Position numbers and translations under genes: made by a program. DNA of 64,000 bases from an uncultured Flavobacteriales bacterium (GTDB lineage Bacteria > Bacteroidota > Bacteroidia > Flavobacteriales_D > Parvicellaceae), in assembly GCA_943788115.1 (NCBI GenBank), contig CALSPA010000016.1, positions 6,001-70,000 on the forward strand, written 5' to 3'. The notes beneath the pieces were generated by a model. The model was not told where the DNA came from. It saw only the letters and a list, made by a program, of their open reading frames with translations, and made no database searches. Of this stretch, positions 9,601 through 17,959 are shown in pieces (within the stretch, counting starts at the first letter, position 1; each line of letters begins with the position of its first letter).

Positions 9601-11682
9601 ATATTCCTTTTCAGAATGGTTATTAATCTCAGGCAAATTCATCATTATTAAATCTGCTTCATGACTATACAATTGAATTAGTTTATATAATGGCTTTTTC
9701 TCCAGTTCATTACCAATTATTTCAAATGAAATATCAATTCTTAATTTTTCTAATTTCCTAGAAATTACATCTTCGACTAAAGCTTGATTTTCGTTTAAAT
9801 CATTTACAAATAAAATTCGAATATTAGCACTAGACCATTCAGCAGAATGAAGGATTAATTTAGAGAGCTGTAAAGAAAGGTCACTTTCACTATTTATTGA
9901 GGACCACCAAATATCAATTTTCTTATAATTTCCAAACCCTCTTTTTTTGTCGTAATCTAAAAACAAAATATTGTAATCTAGCTGAGTAAGTTTCTGAGTC
10001 ATTTGTGCAAACCATAGAGGGTCAACAGTGTTCCTTGCCCAACCCATAAGAACTGTATTAGGGTCAATTCCAGAAAACCCATATGTATTGGCAATTGTCT
10101 CGATTCCTTTAAAAATATTTTGACAATAAAGTCTTCTGTGAAAAATAGATTCATCAATATCATCATCAGCAATTGTTTGATGATGTTTTGGAAAAAGAAT
10201 TGTTGCTGATTTCTCTTCAATTAAATCAAAATTTGATACCATTCCATTTCTACCACTAATAGATTTGCTCATTTCTATCAGATGAGGCCTTTCTTTAGTT
10301 GCTCCACTAAATAATAAAATATTGGGCTGCCAGTTTCTCTTGTGAGCAGATTTCTTGTATAAATTTCTAAGGCCGATCTTAACAACATTTGACCAAACAC
10401 TTAGCCATACATCACCAGACCCTAAAACTAATTCTTTACGGGTTAACCAAAAGAAAATTAAAATCATGATAACAACAGCTAATAAAGTTGCTCCTAAGTT
10501 TAATTGCACCATTAAAAGAAATGTGGTAATAGCGCCAACAAAAGATACCCATAAAGGAATTTTCAATTTCGGTCTAAAATCTGGGCTTGCCCACTGCTCT
10601 AAAAAACAAGAAATATTTATAAATAAATACGCAGCCATATAAAACATAGCTACTATTTCAGCAATTACATTTAATTCACCTATTAATATCCCTAATTCAG
10701 AAATAATAAAAGTTAGGATTAATGCATTTCTAGGCTCATTGTTAACACCATGACCAACAGCAAAAATTTTAGGCGCTATGTTATCTAAAGACATTGCTTG
10801 TAGAATTCTTGGGCCACCTAGTATACCACCTAATGCAGATGAAAGTGTAGCTCCCCAAACACCAGCAACAACCAAAAATGCAATTGAGCCAAATTCAATG
10901 AGAACATTATTGTTTGTAGTTAAAACCTCTTTATCTATAGAGGCATTAAGGAAAAATGCTAATGCTAAATAAACTATTAGCCCTGTAACAATGGCTAACA
11001 TAGTTCCCCAAGGAATAGATTTACTGGGGTTTTTAAGATCTCCGCTCATAGCTACACCAGCTGTGAAACCAGTAACCGCAGGAAAGAAAATTCCAAATAA
11101 AACAGCAAAATTTGGGTTTGTAACTAGATCTGTTCCCTTTTTAAGTCCATCACTAGAACCTGTGAAAATTGAAATTAAAGAAAGGCCAATAAGTACAAGA
11201 ATCACATATTGAATCTTAATTGCAAAACTAGTGCTTACATAAGCAACAAATAAAACCACCATTAAAGCAATTGATCCTACAATTCTAAAATGATTTGTGG
11301 TTATCTCTTGAATACCAAAAATATCTTGAATAACTGGCAACATACTTTCTGCAAAACCAATTAAATAGAGTGAAATACTTAGAGCTGTTGCTACAAAAAG
11401 AGTAATGCCAATAGCCCCACCTATAGGAAACCCAAGTGACCTAGTTAACATGTAATAAATACCACCAGCTTTTATTTTTTTGTCTGTGGCAATAGATGAA
11501 ACACTAAATCCTGTAGTAATTGAAATAACGTGGGCAAATAAAATTATAGCTACAAACATGAAAATACTTGAGGAATTCCCAATTACGGTACCTAGCCTCA
11601 TGTACATAATTACTCCTAGTATTGTAAGTACAGATGGGGTAAAGACACCACCAAACGTTCCAAATTTCTTTTGTAGATTCAT
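6667..11682 (-). CDS. SLC12-type cation-chloride cotransporter fused to a ~620-aa helical region and a C-terminal P-loop (AAA_16/ORC-like) ATPase
   Basis: Uninterrupted 1671-codon ORF. The N-terminus has FGTFGGVFTPSVLTILGVIMYMRLG plus ~12 TM segments (APC fold). The SLC12 cytoplasmic domain motifs are NWQPNILLFSG, GIDPNTVLMGWA and IDIWW. The C-terminal part has Walker A VFVAGESGSGKSFLV (nt ~7523-7549) and Walker B PIVFIEDYE. Confidence 0.8.
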   Translation of the reverse strand: MNLQKKFGTFGGVFTPSVLTILGVIMYMRLGTVIGNSSSIFMFVAIILFAHVISITTGFSVSSIATDKKIKAGGIYYMLTRSLGFPIGGAIGITLFVATALSISLYLIGFAESMLPVIQDIFGIQEITTNHFRIVGSIALMVVLFVAYVSTSFAIKIQYVILVLIGLSLISIFTGSSDGLKKGTDLVTNPNFAVLFGIFFPAVTGFTAGVAMSGDLKNPSKSIPWGTMLAIVTGLIVYLALAFFLNASIDKEVLTTNNNVLIEFGSIAFLVVAGVWGATLSSALGGILGGPRILQAMSLDNIAPKIFAVGHGVNNEPRNALILTFIISELGILIGELNVIAEIVAMFYMAAYLFINISCFLEQWASPDFRPKLKIPLWVSFVGAITTFLLMVQLNLGATLLAVVIMILIFFWLTRKELVLGSGDVWLSVWSNVVKIGLRNLYKKSAHKRNWQPNILLFSGATKERPHLIEMSKSISGRNGMVSNFDLIEEKSATILFPKHHQTIADDDIDESIFHRRLYCQNIFKGIETIANTYGFSGIDPNTVLMGWARNTVDPLWFAQMTQKLTQLDYNILFLDYDKKRGFGNYKKIDIWWSSINSESDLSLQLSKLILHSAEWSSANIRILFVNDLNENQALVEDVISRKLEKLRIDISFEIIGNELEKKPLYKLIQLYSHEADLIMMNLPEINNHSEKEYVESTNSLMDVMGTTLILKASSSFVEEDYQHSKLGEVYKESVELKEYVSYNDLQIKKTSIYDLDKLMLDLDEKLNQYSLDFSSRLYGAFSDNYISFSNLLVNRMTSSSNKDDLLKFYSDVTKHVEYFKENRINKLQLALVASLADYIESVESLIDKLPTEIAIPIFENEIQARKTDSRLIARIKARYRRRIKKGNELAPYYVGVKELASFHFENSYLDDFNTLIKSLGVSGFLLNEKLKEILNIPDETSFEFKQDFSTAELLAEIENSLEKEQTKFLGKLFSLTNDFVNNVVDDSVRLDVKSLITYRQEEYYSFKLTSKIDKVKEYPFLFGVNQGLILNQLITFVDMKGFRLGVVPFLKTKEELFLKAHFNQPARVIKEIGKDVDKLNVSKLESSLKKIEKLTLSFNVKDELFDLRKHVKAQIENLSFDSETIATDGVGSFVQSQSKVPTIKIDLATVVENLFDNQILENVDLLFDETKRQVINELQILENALELNKFTIINQADDSLLKDVVDKSSIALLNCESKLDTINERFLIEFNKIFDLIEDVFVEDVVIERAKNHHSSVTNEKNKGFFTRKFNLLSDYVKSKYSKTDDLFIQVQDYLTFSKYFNKEKSVETPISILKKFSDEVLPNSSIINQLPFYYKQLFIGKHVSPSEPLENRHSEFNQVNNVIADFKKGNPSVVFVAGESGSGKSFLVNNVLNCLNDKHEVYKIKPNVSFNSDGASLINQSLKLATNLKGSNTEILSSLENQPIVFIEDYESWWMRTEDGFNILNEWENIFSNFSKDILFIIECNLHFLKLINQVKSSSNLIFSTVFIQPLNTFEIQKNIIEKNNIGGVIFNWKNKSSFNSSKRHFNRFFSKLNRISHGNIKWASLNWMASITDFNDNNIEISYFKQKNIPDVLSTDWDLILLQVVIHKSINIKDLFVVFSDYSNEQINENVGSLVRSKLLDSDHGVLTINPYLQPFVIQYLYDKKLLF

Positions 11683-11765
11683 CTATTCAAATATATCAGA
11701 TAAAGTCAAGCATATAATAAATATGCTAAAAAGGATTTAATAATTTTGTAATAAGTTTATTAAAA

Positions 11766-12824
11766 ATGATAAAGAATCTAAAAATTATTGAAATATCTTC
11801 AGTTTTAGCTGGTCCATCAGTAGGAATGTTTTTTGCAGAGTTAGGTGCTGAGGTAATAAAAATTGAAAACAAAATTACTGATGGTGACATTACAAGAAAA
11901 TGGCATCAACCAATGGAAAATAGTGAAAAGCAATCAGCATATTTTTCAAGTGCAAATTGGGGGAAAAAACATATTTTCCTTGATTTCAACAATTCCTCGG
12001 ACAAAAAAAAACTAATTAATCTTGTAAAAGTTACAGATATTTTAATCACAAATTTCAAACATGGAGATGCTGAGAAATTTAATTTAACTTATAAATTCTG
12101 TAAGTCAATAAATGATAAAATTATATATGCCAAAATAGAAGGGTTTAAAACCGATCCAAAAAGAGTTGCTTTTGATGCCATTATACAAGCAGAGACAGGT
12201 TTCATGTCAATAAACGGAGAAAGTGGTGAGCAAGGTGTTAAAATGCCTGTCGCAATGATGGATATTTTAGCTGCTCATCAGCTAAAAGAAGGGGTTTTAA
12301 TAGCTCTATTAAAAAGAAAAGAAAACAATAAGGCATATTGTGTATCTACTACACTTGAAGAAACTGGATACGCATCATTAGCAAATCAAGCTTCAAATTA
12401 TTTAATGACTAATGTTGTTCCAAAAAAAATGGGATCGCTTCACCCAAACATTGCCCCATATGGTGAGAAAGTAATTACAAAAGATAAAGTATCATTTTTA
12501 TTAGCAATAGGAACAGATAAGCAATTTCTTAGATTCTCATCTTTTATAGGATTATCAAAAAAATCTATATCTGAGAACAAAAGCAATAAGAAAAGAGTTT
12601 TAAATAGAGCGGAACTTATTAAGAAAATTCAAAAAAGAGTATCTCAAATTTCTGCAAATGAATTTTCAACTAATTGCATAAAATTAAATATCCCTATTGG
12701 TAAAATAAATACGATAGAGAATGTTTTTGAAAACAATGTTGCTCGAAACATGATTTTAGAAGAAAACGTAAATGGCCAAATCACTAAAAGAGTTTCAGGA
12801 ATAGCCTTTAAAATCACCAATTAA
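11766..12824 (+). CDS. CoA-transferase family III (CaiB/BaiF-type)
   Basis: N-terminal IIEISSVLAGPSVGMFFAELGAEVIKIE is the family III CoA-transferase signature. A TAATTTTG -7-like box lies at 11741-11748. Confidence 0.8.
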   Translation: MIKNLKIIEISSVLAGPSVGMFFAELGAEVIKIENKITDGDITRKWHQPMENSEKQSAYFSSANWGKKHIFLDFNNSSDKKKLINLVKVTDILITNFKHGDAEKFNLTYKFCKSINDKIIYAKIEGFKTDPKRVAFDAIIQAETGFMSINGESGEQGVKMPVAMMDILAAHQLKEGVLIALLKRKENNKAYCVSTTLEETGYASLANQASNYLMTNVVPKKMGSLHPNIAPYGEKVITKDKVSFLLAIGTDKQFLRFSSFIGLSKKSISENKSNKKRVLNRAELIKKIQKRVSQISANEFSTNCIKLNIPIGKINTIENVFENNVARNMILEENVNGQITKRVSGIAFKITN

Positions 12825-12839
12825 TTTTGCTGTAATATT

Positions 12840-13397
12840 TTATTTTACAGCTACTATTCTTAGCATTTTATTCATCTCAATTGCAAGCTTTTTCGAATCC
12901 GCAGAATCAAGCTGAACTCCTACGTATAAACTATTCTTGGAAGATTTAACATTAATCACTCCATTTCCTATTAACCAAAATGAATCATTAAAAACTTTAT
13001 TTACTGAATCATCTTTTAAAGCAACAGGACTTATATCAATTATTTGATTAGAATTTAAATAATTTGCTTTTCCATATCCATTAATTGATTTTTTATGAGT
13101 AAATCGATCAGAATCAATTTTAATAAACTCGACACCAGAAACTCTCCACATATAGGCTTTAAATATTCTGATTTCCAAATAAATCCAAAATACAACAAGA
13201 ACAGCTAAAATAACTTTCTCCTGAGATGAAACACCGCCACCAAACAAATAATATAAAAATGCAGCACCACAAAACGACCAGCAAATTAACCATATTAGCA
13301 TAGCGTTTTCTTTCCATTTTTCTATTTTAGAAGAAATAATAATGGTGAAAAAATCTTCATGTTTTTCAAATGAAACACGATTACCTATTTTTTTCAT
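12840..13397 (-). CDS. hypothetical membrane protein
   Basis: 185-codon ORF with two central TM helices (MLIWLICWSFCGAAFLYYLF, VILAVLVVFWIYL). No family recognised. Confidence 0.45.
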   Translation of the reverse strand: MKKIGNRVSFEKHEDFFTIIISSKIEKWKENAMLIWLICWSFCGAAFLYYLFGGGVSSQEKVILAVLVVFWIYLEIRIFKAYMWRVSGVEFIKIDSDRFTHKKSINGYGKANYLNSNQIIDISPVALKDDSVNKVFNDSFWLIGNGVINVKSSKNSLYVGVQLDSADSKKLAIEMNKMLRIVAVK

Positions 13398-13543
13398 ATG
13401 TTACTTTTAGTTGAATACGTTTCTATTTATTTCAAAATAAATAATATTAATTGAGATAAATAAGAATTTATCTAATTTGTCTAAGCTACAATATTTTGTA
13501 TTTTAGGCATGGATTTTGAATTCGACATTGAAATGAATAGTTT

Positions 13544-14329
13544 ATGAAGCGTATTTTAAAATTTATTTCCCTTATTTTCATCTATACACATCTTATAGCT
13601 CCAACCCAAGCTACTAGTCAAGAAGATTTTATGGATTTACTATTGCTCTACGTTGACGAGAAATACGATGTTTGTTTTCACAAAGCAATAAAATACACCG
13701 AAAAAGATAAAACAAAAAAACATCCTCTTCCCTACCTATACTGCTCAATGGCTTCTTTTGAAATGAGTCAAGATCACAAGTACACAAACATGTACCCAAA
13801 AGCATTTAAAAGTTCGTTGTCTTACCTTTCGAAATATAGAAAAAAAGACAAAGGCTTTGAATACAAAGACGATTCTGAAGATTTCATTGAAAAGATTAAA
13901 ATGATAATAGCCGAAGAAATAGAAAATTACATGACTGAAGGCACCGAATCAACATATGGAAAAGCAGCAGGAATAACCAAGAAAATTTGCTCTATTGACC
14001 CTAATGATTACGGCAGTAAACTTCTCTATGGTCATTTATGTAATTTAACAAAGAATAGAGCTACTGCAAAAGAATACATTAAACCTAGTTTAATATTTAT
14101 AGATTCTATTCCAGATAAAAAATTCACTTTTAAAACCATGACTTTTTCACAGCAACATTACTTAAAGTTTGCGCTAATAGAAATGGCAAAATATCAAAAA
14201 AATAAAAATTTAATTTCGGCTCAAACTACGCTAAACTTAGGGAAAGAGCTTTTTTATATTAAAAGAGATGATTGCAAGTTGGAAGACAATGGTGATTTCA
14301 TTACTCTATATGATGAAGTTTTTAAGTAA
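13544..14329 (+). CDS. hypothetical secreted protein
   Basis: ATG start with signal-peptide-like N-terminus (ILKFISLIFIYTHLIAPTQA). No family recognised. Confidence 0.45.
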   Translation: MKRILKFISLIFIYTHLIAPTQATSQEDFMDLLLLYVDEKYDVCFHKAIKYTEKDKTKKHPLPYLYCSMASFEMSQDHKYTNMYPKAFKSSLSYLSKYRKKDKGFEYKDDSEDFIEKIKMIIAEEIENYMTEGTESTYGKAAGITKKICSIDPNDYGSKLLYGHLCNLTKNRATAKEYIKPSLIFIDSIPDKKFTFKTMTFSQQHYLKFALIEMAKYQKNKNLISAQTTLNLGKELFYIKRDDCKLEDNGDFITLYDEVFK

Positions 14330-14930
14330 GTGCTTTTCTAGCAACTAAAGCTTGAACATTAACAAAATCTGAATTTATTAACTCACTAAAAGGAATTCTA
14401 AACAGTATCTTACATCCAGAAATTTTTTCAATTACTCTTTCAGAAGAAGAAGTAACATCTCCATTAATAACTAAGCCTTTTATTTTAAAATTATTTCTTT
14501 TTAGATAATCAATTGTAAGAAGAGAATGATTAATACTTCCCAAATAATTTTTAATTACAACAATAATTTCGGCATCTGTTTTTCTAGCAATGTCAATGAC
14601 TAAATCTCCATTTTCATTTAAAGGAACCATTAAGCCACCAGCACCTTCAATTATCAAGTTTTCTTCAGAAGGTAGGTTAAAATCATATAAATTAACGTTA
14701 ACACCCGAAAGCCTTGCGGACTCGTGAGGAGATAATGGGTGCTCCAACGCATGTGTCTCTTGAAATGTTTTAACATTTTCAACTAGATTCTCGACTTTCA
14801 TAGTATCTGAATATTCTAAATCCCCACACTGAATTGGTTTCCAATACGCAGCATCAAGAGCTTTTACAATAATTGCAGATATTACAGTTTTCCCCACATT
14901 AGTATCAATGGCTGTTATAAAATATTTCAC
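14322..14930 (-). CDS. bioD: dethiobiotin synthase
   Basis: N-terminal P-loop TAIDTNVGKTVIS, matching size, and position directly after bioF with a 4-nt overlap. Confidence 0.85.
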   Translation of the reverse strand: MKYFITAIDTNVGKTVISAIIVKALDAAYWKPIQCGDLEYSDTMKVENLVENVKTFQETHALEHPLSPHESARLSGVNVNLYDFNLPSEENLIIEGAGGLMVPLNENGDLVIDIARKTDAEIIVVIKNYLGSINHSLLTIDYLKRNNFKIKGLVINGDVTSSSERVIEKISGCKILFRIPFSELINSDFVNVQALVARKALT

Positions 14931-16003
14931 TTTTTATTATTTAGAATTTTCAACAACAAGTCTAACTCATTTATTGTATTGAAAGCATGAATACATATTC
15001 TTAATCTTTCTTCACCTTTTTTAACAGTAGGATGTAAAATAGCTTTTACAAATAAACCTTTTTCAAAAAGAAGTCCTTCAATTTTTTTTAAACTAATAGT
15101 ATCTGAATAAAAAATAGAAACAATTGCACTTTCATTTCCTGAAACAACATTCAAATCACTTCTTAAGTTGAGTAAGAAATATTTTTTCAAACTTAAAATC
15201 TCAGCTCTTCTGTTAAAAGAATTTAGTTCAGATAGCTGAATATCGACTTCTTTAACGACTGTCTTAGTAGGTGCAGTTGAATAAATAAAACTTCTACAAA
15301 AATTGATTAGAAAATCTTTCATAAGATTACTTCCAGAAACAAAACAACCAGAAGAGCCAACAGCTTTTCCTAATGGATAAATAGTCGCTAAAATCTCTTT
15401 ATTGAGATTTAACTTGTTAACTAAACCTAATCCATTTTCACCAACCAGACCAAACGAATGAGCTTCATCAACGATGATTGAAGCGTTATGCTTTTTAGTA
15501 ATTTTCAGTAATTCAATAAGATCTGGAGAATCACCATCCATACTGTACACTGCTTCAACTACAACTATTTTTTTACCTTCAATTTTTGCTAATCGTTCTG
15601 AAAGATGAAGTAAATCATTGTGTTTAAAAGGGAAGTTTTTCGCATCTGACAACCTAACACCATCTCTTAGAGAAGCATGAATAAGTTCATCATAAAAAAT
15701 GGTAGTGTTTCTATCAGCAAGAGCAGGAATTAAACCAACATTTGCTTGAAAACCTGAATTAAAAAACAAAGAAGCATCAAAACAAGTAAGATTTGAGAAT
15801 TTTTTTTCTAAAGCTACTATTTGTAGATTATTCCCACTTATTAATCTAGAACCAGTACTCCCTGTTTGGTACTTTTTTGCAATTCCTAAATAATCGTTTG
15901 AAGCAAAATCTGTAAGATGGTTATAAAAAGATAACTCCCTTAAATTAAAATTCTGTTGTCTCAGTTTAATTTTGTCAAGCATGTATTGATTAAAATTTTT
16001 CAT
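14927..16003 (-). CDS. bioF: 8-amino-7-oxononanoate synthase
   Basis: Class II aminotransferase fold motifs (DEAHSFG, PLP-lysine context YPLGKAVG). Lies between bioB and bioD. Confidence 0.85.
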   Translation of the reverse strand: MKNFNQYMLDKIKLRQQNFNLRELSFYNHLTDFASNDYLGIAKKYQTGSTGSRLISGNNLQIVALEKKFSNLTCFDASLFFNSGFQANVGLIPALADRNTTIFYDELIHASLRDGVRLSDAKNFPFKHNDLLHLSERLAKIEGKKIVVVEAVYSMDGDSPDLIELLKITKKHNASIIVDEAHSFGLVGENGLGLVNKLNLNKEILATIYPLGKAVGSSGCFVSGSNLMKDFLINFCRSFIYSTAPTKTVVKEVDIQLSELNSFNRRAEILSLKKYFLLNLRSDLNVVSGNESAIVSIFYSDTISLKKIEGLLFEKGLFVKAILHPTVKKGEERLRICIHAFNTINELDLLLKILNNKK

Positions 16004-16033
16004 TTTAAATTACATTACTAATTAAAAAAACAA

Positions 16034-17161
16034 CTATTTAGCTTTACAAGCCTTCTGAGAAGCTTCTATTTTTTTTTCTTTACCAACTTGCTTAGCTTCT
16101 TCGTTTCTGGCAATTTTATGCCCTGGTCTTGACCATTTTATTTTTTCAGAAGTATTTGGTTTTTCTTTATACCTATCGTTAATTTCTGGTTTATCACCTT
16201 TTTTATACGCCTTCATAGGAACTAATCCTAGATTATTAAAAAGCTCTAAATCTCCGTTAAACTCAGGGTTAGGAGTTGTCAATAATTTATCACCAGCAAA
16301 TATTGAATTGGCGCCAGCTAAAAAGCACAATGCTTGACCTTCATCGTTCATATTGGTTCTTCCAGCAGACAAACGTACGGAAGAATGAGGCAACACTATT
16401 CTTGTTGTAGCAATCATTCTAACCATGTCCCAAATTGAAACTGGACTTTGTTCTTCCAGTGGAGTTCCCTCAACTGCAACTAAAGAATTAATTGGAACAG
16501 ACTCAGGGTGTGGCCTCATGATTGAAAATGTATGCAACATACTTATACGGTCTACATCTGATTCTCCCATTCCAATAATACCACCTGAGCAAACCGTTAA
16601 TTTAGCTTTTCGAGCATTATCAATTGTTTGAAGTCTATCTTGATAACCTCTAGTTGAAATGATTTCCTTATAATATTCTTCTGAACTATCTAAATTGTGA
16701 TTGTAAGCATAAAGTCCAGCATCAGCTAAACGATGAGCCTGATTTTCAGTAATCATCCCTAGAGTGCAACAAACTTCCATATCCATCTTATTAACAGACT
16801 TTACCATCTCAAGAACTTGATCAAAATCAGCATCATCTTTAACATTTCTCCATGCAGCTCCCATGCAAACACGACTAGATCCCATTTCTTTTGCTTGATC
16901 AGCAAGTTTAACAACCTCATCTACACTCATCAAACTATTACCTTCAATATTTGTATGATAACGAGCAGCTTGTGGGCAATAACCACAATCTTCAGGGCAA
17001 CCATCTGTCTTAATAGATAACAATTTACTTATCTGAACTTCTCTAGGATCATTGTATTTCCGATGAACTTTAGCAGCTTCGAAAATTAATTCAATTAGTG
17101 GCTTATGGTATAGCGTTGAAATTTCTTCTTTTGACCAGACTTTTAAACCTTGTTTTTCCAT
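16034..17161 (-). CDS. bioB: biotin synthase (radical SAM)
   Basis: CPEDCGYCPQ radical-SAM cluster motif, then CMGAAWR and YNHNLD. Has a Lys-rich C-terminal tail. Confidence 0.95.
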   Translation of the reverse strand: MEKQGLKVWSKEEISTLYHKPLIELIFEAAKVHRKYNDPREVQISKLLSIKTDGCPEDCGYCPQAARYHTNIEGNSLMSVDEVVKLADQAKEMGSSRVCMGAAWRNVKDDADFDQVLEMVKSVNKMDMEVCCTLGMITENQAHRLADAGLYAYNHNLDSSEEYYKEIISTRGYQDRLQTIDNARKAKLTVCSGGIIGMGESDVDRISMLHTFSIMRPHPESVPINSLVAVEGTPLEEQSPVSIWDMVRMIATTRIVLPHSSVRLSAGRTNMNDEGQALCFLAGANSIFAGDKLLTTPNPEFNGDLELFNNLGLVPMKAYKKGDKPEINDRYKEKPNTSEKIKWSRPGHKIARNEEAKQVGKEKKIEASQKACKAK

Positions 17162-17196
17162 AATTTTTGAATTTGTTGCTATAAATTTTAATTATT

Positions 17197-17204
17197 CAAA
17201 TTTA
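17197..17204 (-). promoter_or_regulatory. candidate Bacteroidota -7 box (TAAATTTG) for bioBFD
   Basis: Plus-strand CAAATTTA equals minus-strand TAAATTTG, which matches TAnnTTTG. It lies ~36 nt upstream of the bioB start. A TTTGAAT/ATTCAAA inverted repeat (17166-17172 / 17194-17200) overlaps it. Confidence 0.3.
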
Positions 17205-17279
17205 AGCACTTTCATTATATTTTGTAAATATCTACATTGTTATCTTATCTTCAATACAATGATTTAATTATTTTTGAAC

Positions 17280-17942
17280 ATGAGACTTTTACTCTTAACA
17301 TTTAGCTACTTAATCTTTAGCACATCAATTGCTCAAAATGGGACCTTTAAAATTGCTGTTTTAAAGTATAATGGTGGTGGTGATTGGTATGCAAACCCAA
17401 CTGCCCTCCCAAATCTAATTGAATTTTGTAACAGTTCGCTAAACATGAACATTAATGAAAAAACTGATGAAGTAGCAGTAGGCAGTATTGACTTATTTAA
17501 TTATCCATTTGTTCATCTTACCGGACATGGAAATATCGTTTTCAACAATCAAGAGGCAGAAAACTTGAGAAAATATTTACTTTCCGGAGGATTTATTCAC
17601 ATTTCTGATAATTATGGGTTGGATCAATTTATTCGACCGGAAATGAAAAAAGTATTTCCTGAATTAGACTTTATTGAACTCCCTTTTGATCACAAGATAT
17701 ATCATCAATCTTTCGATTTTGAAAAAGGACTACCTAAAATTCATGAACATGATGCAAAGTTTCCTCAAGGTTTTGGCATTATTCACGAAGGAAGACTAAT
17801 ATGTTTTTATGATTACGAATGTGATTTAGGTGATGGATGGGAAGATGCTGAAGTGCACAATGACAGTGAACCAACAAGAATTAAAGCAATGCAAATGGGT
17901 GCAAATATCTTACAATATGCACTAATGGGTTCGTTCGATTGA
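17280..17942 (+). CDS. DUF4159 domain protein
   Basis: Signal peptide followed by LKYNGGGDWYANPTALPNLIEF, characteristic of DUF4159. ATG at 17280 is preferred over the TTG at 17274. Confidence 0.65.
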   Translation: MRLLLLTFSYLIFSTSIAQNGTFKIAVLKYNGGGDWYANPTALPNLIEFCNSSLNMNINEKTDEVAVGSIDLFNYPFVHLTGHGNIVFNNQEAENLRKYLLSGGFIHISDNYGLDQFIRPEMKKVFPELDFIELPFDHKIYHQSFDFEKGLPKIHEHDAKFPQGFGIIHEGRLICFYDYECDLGDGWEDAEVHNDSEPTRIKAMQMGANILQYALMGSFD

Positions 17943-17959
17943 ACTCTAATACTGCTAAA

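Noticed and set aside
9999-11740. Five short ORFs (9999..10220 minus in another frame; 10355..10642, 10778..10972, 10991..11212 and 11480..11740 plus)
   Set aside because: All are nested in or antisense to the 1671-aa gene, whose frame carries clear transporter motifs. None has independent support.
16034-16200. Lys-rich C-terminal tail of BioB as an anomaly
   Set aside because: C-terminal extensions of this kind appear to be usual in Bacteroidota BioB as far as I recall. There is nothing in the sequence to suggest a separate function.
16425-17020. Two plus-strand ORFs (68 and 67 aa) inside bioB
   Set aside because: They are antisense to an unambiguous biotin synthase gene.
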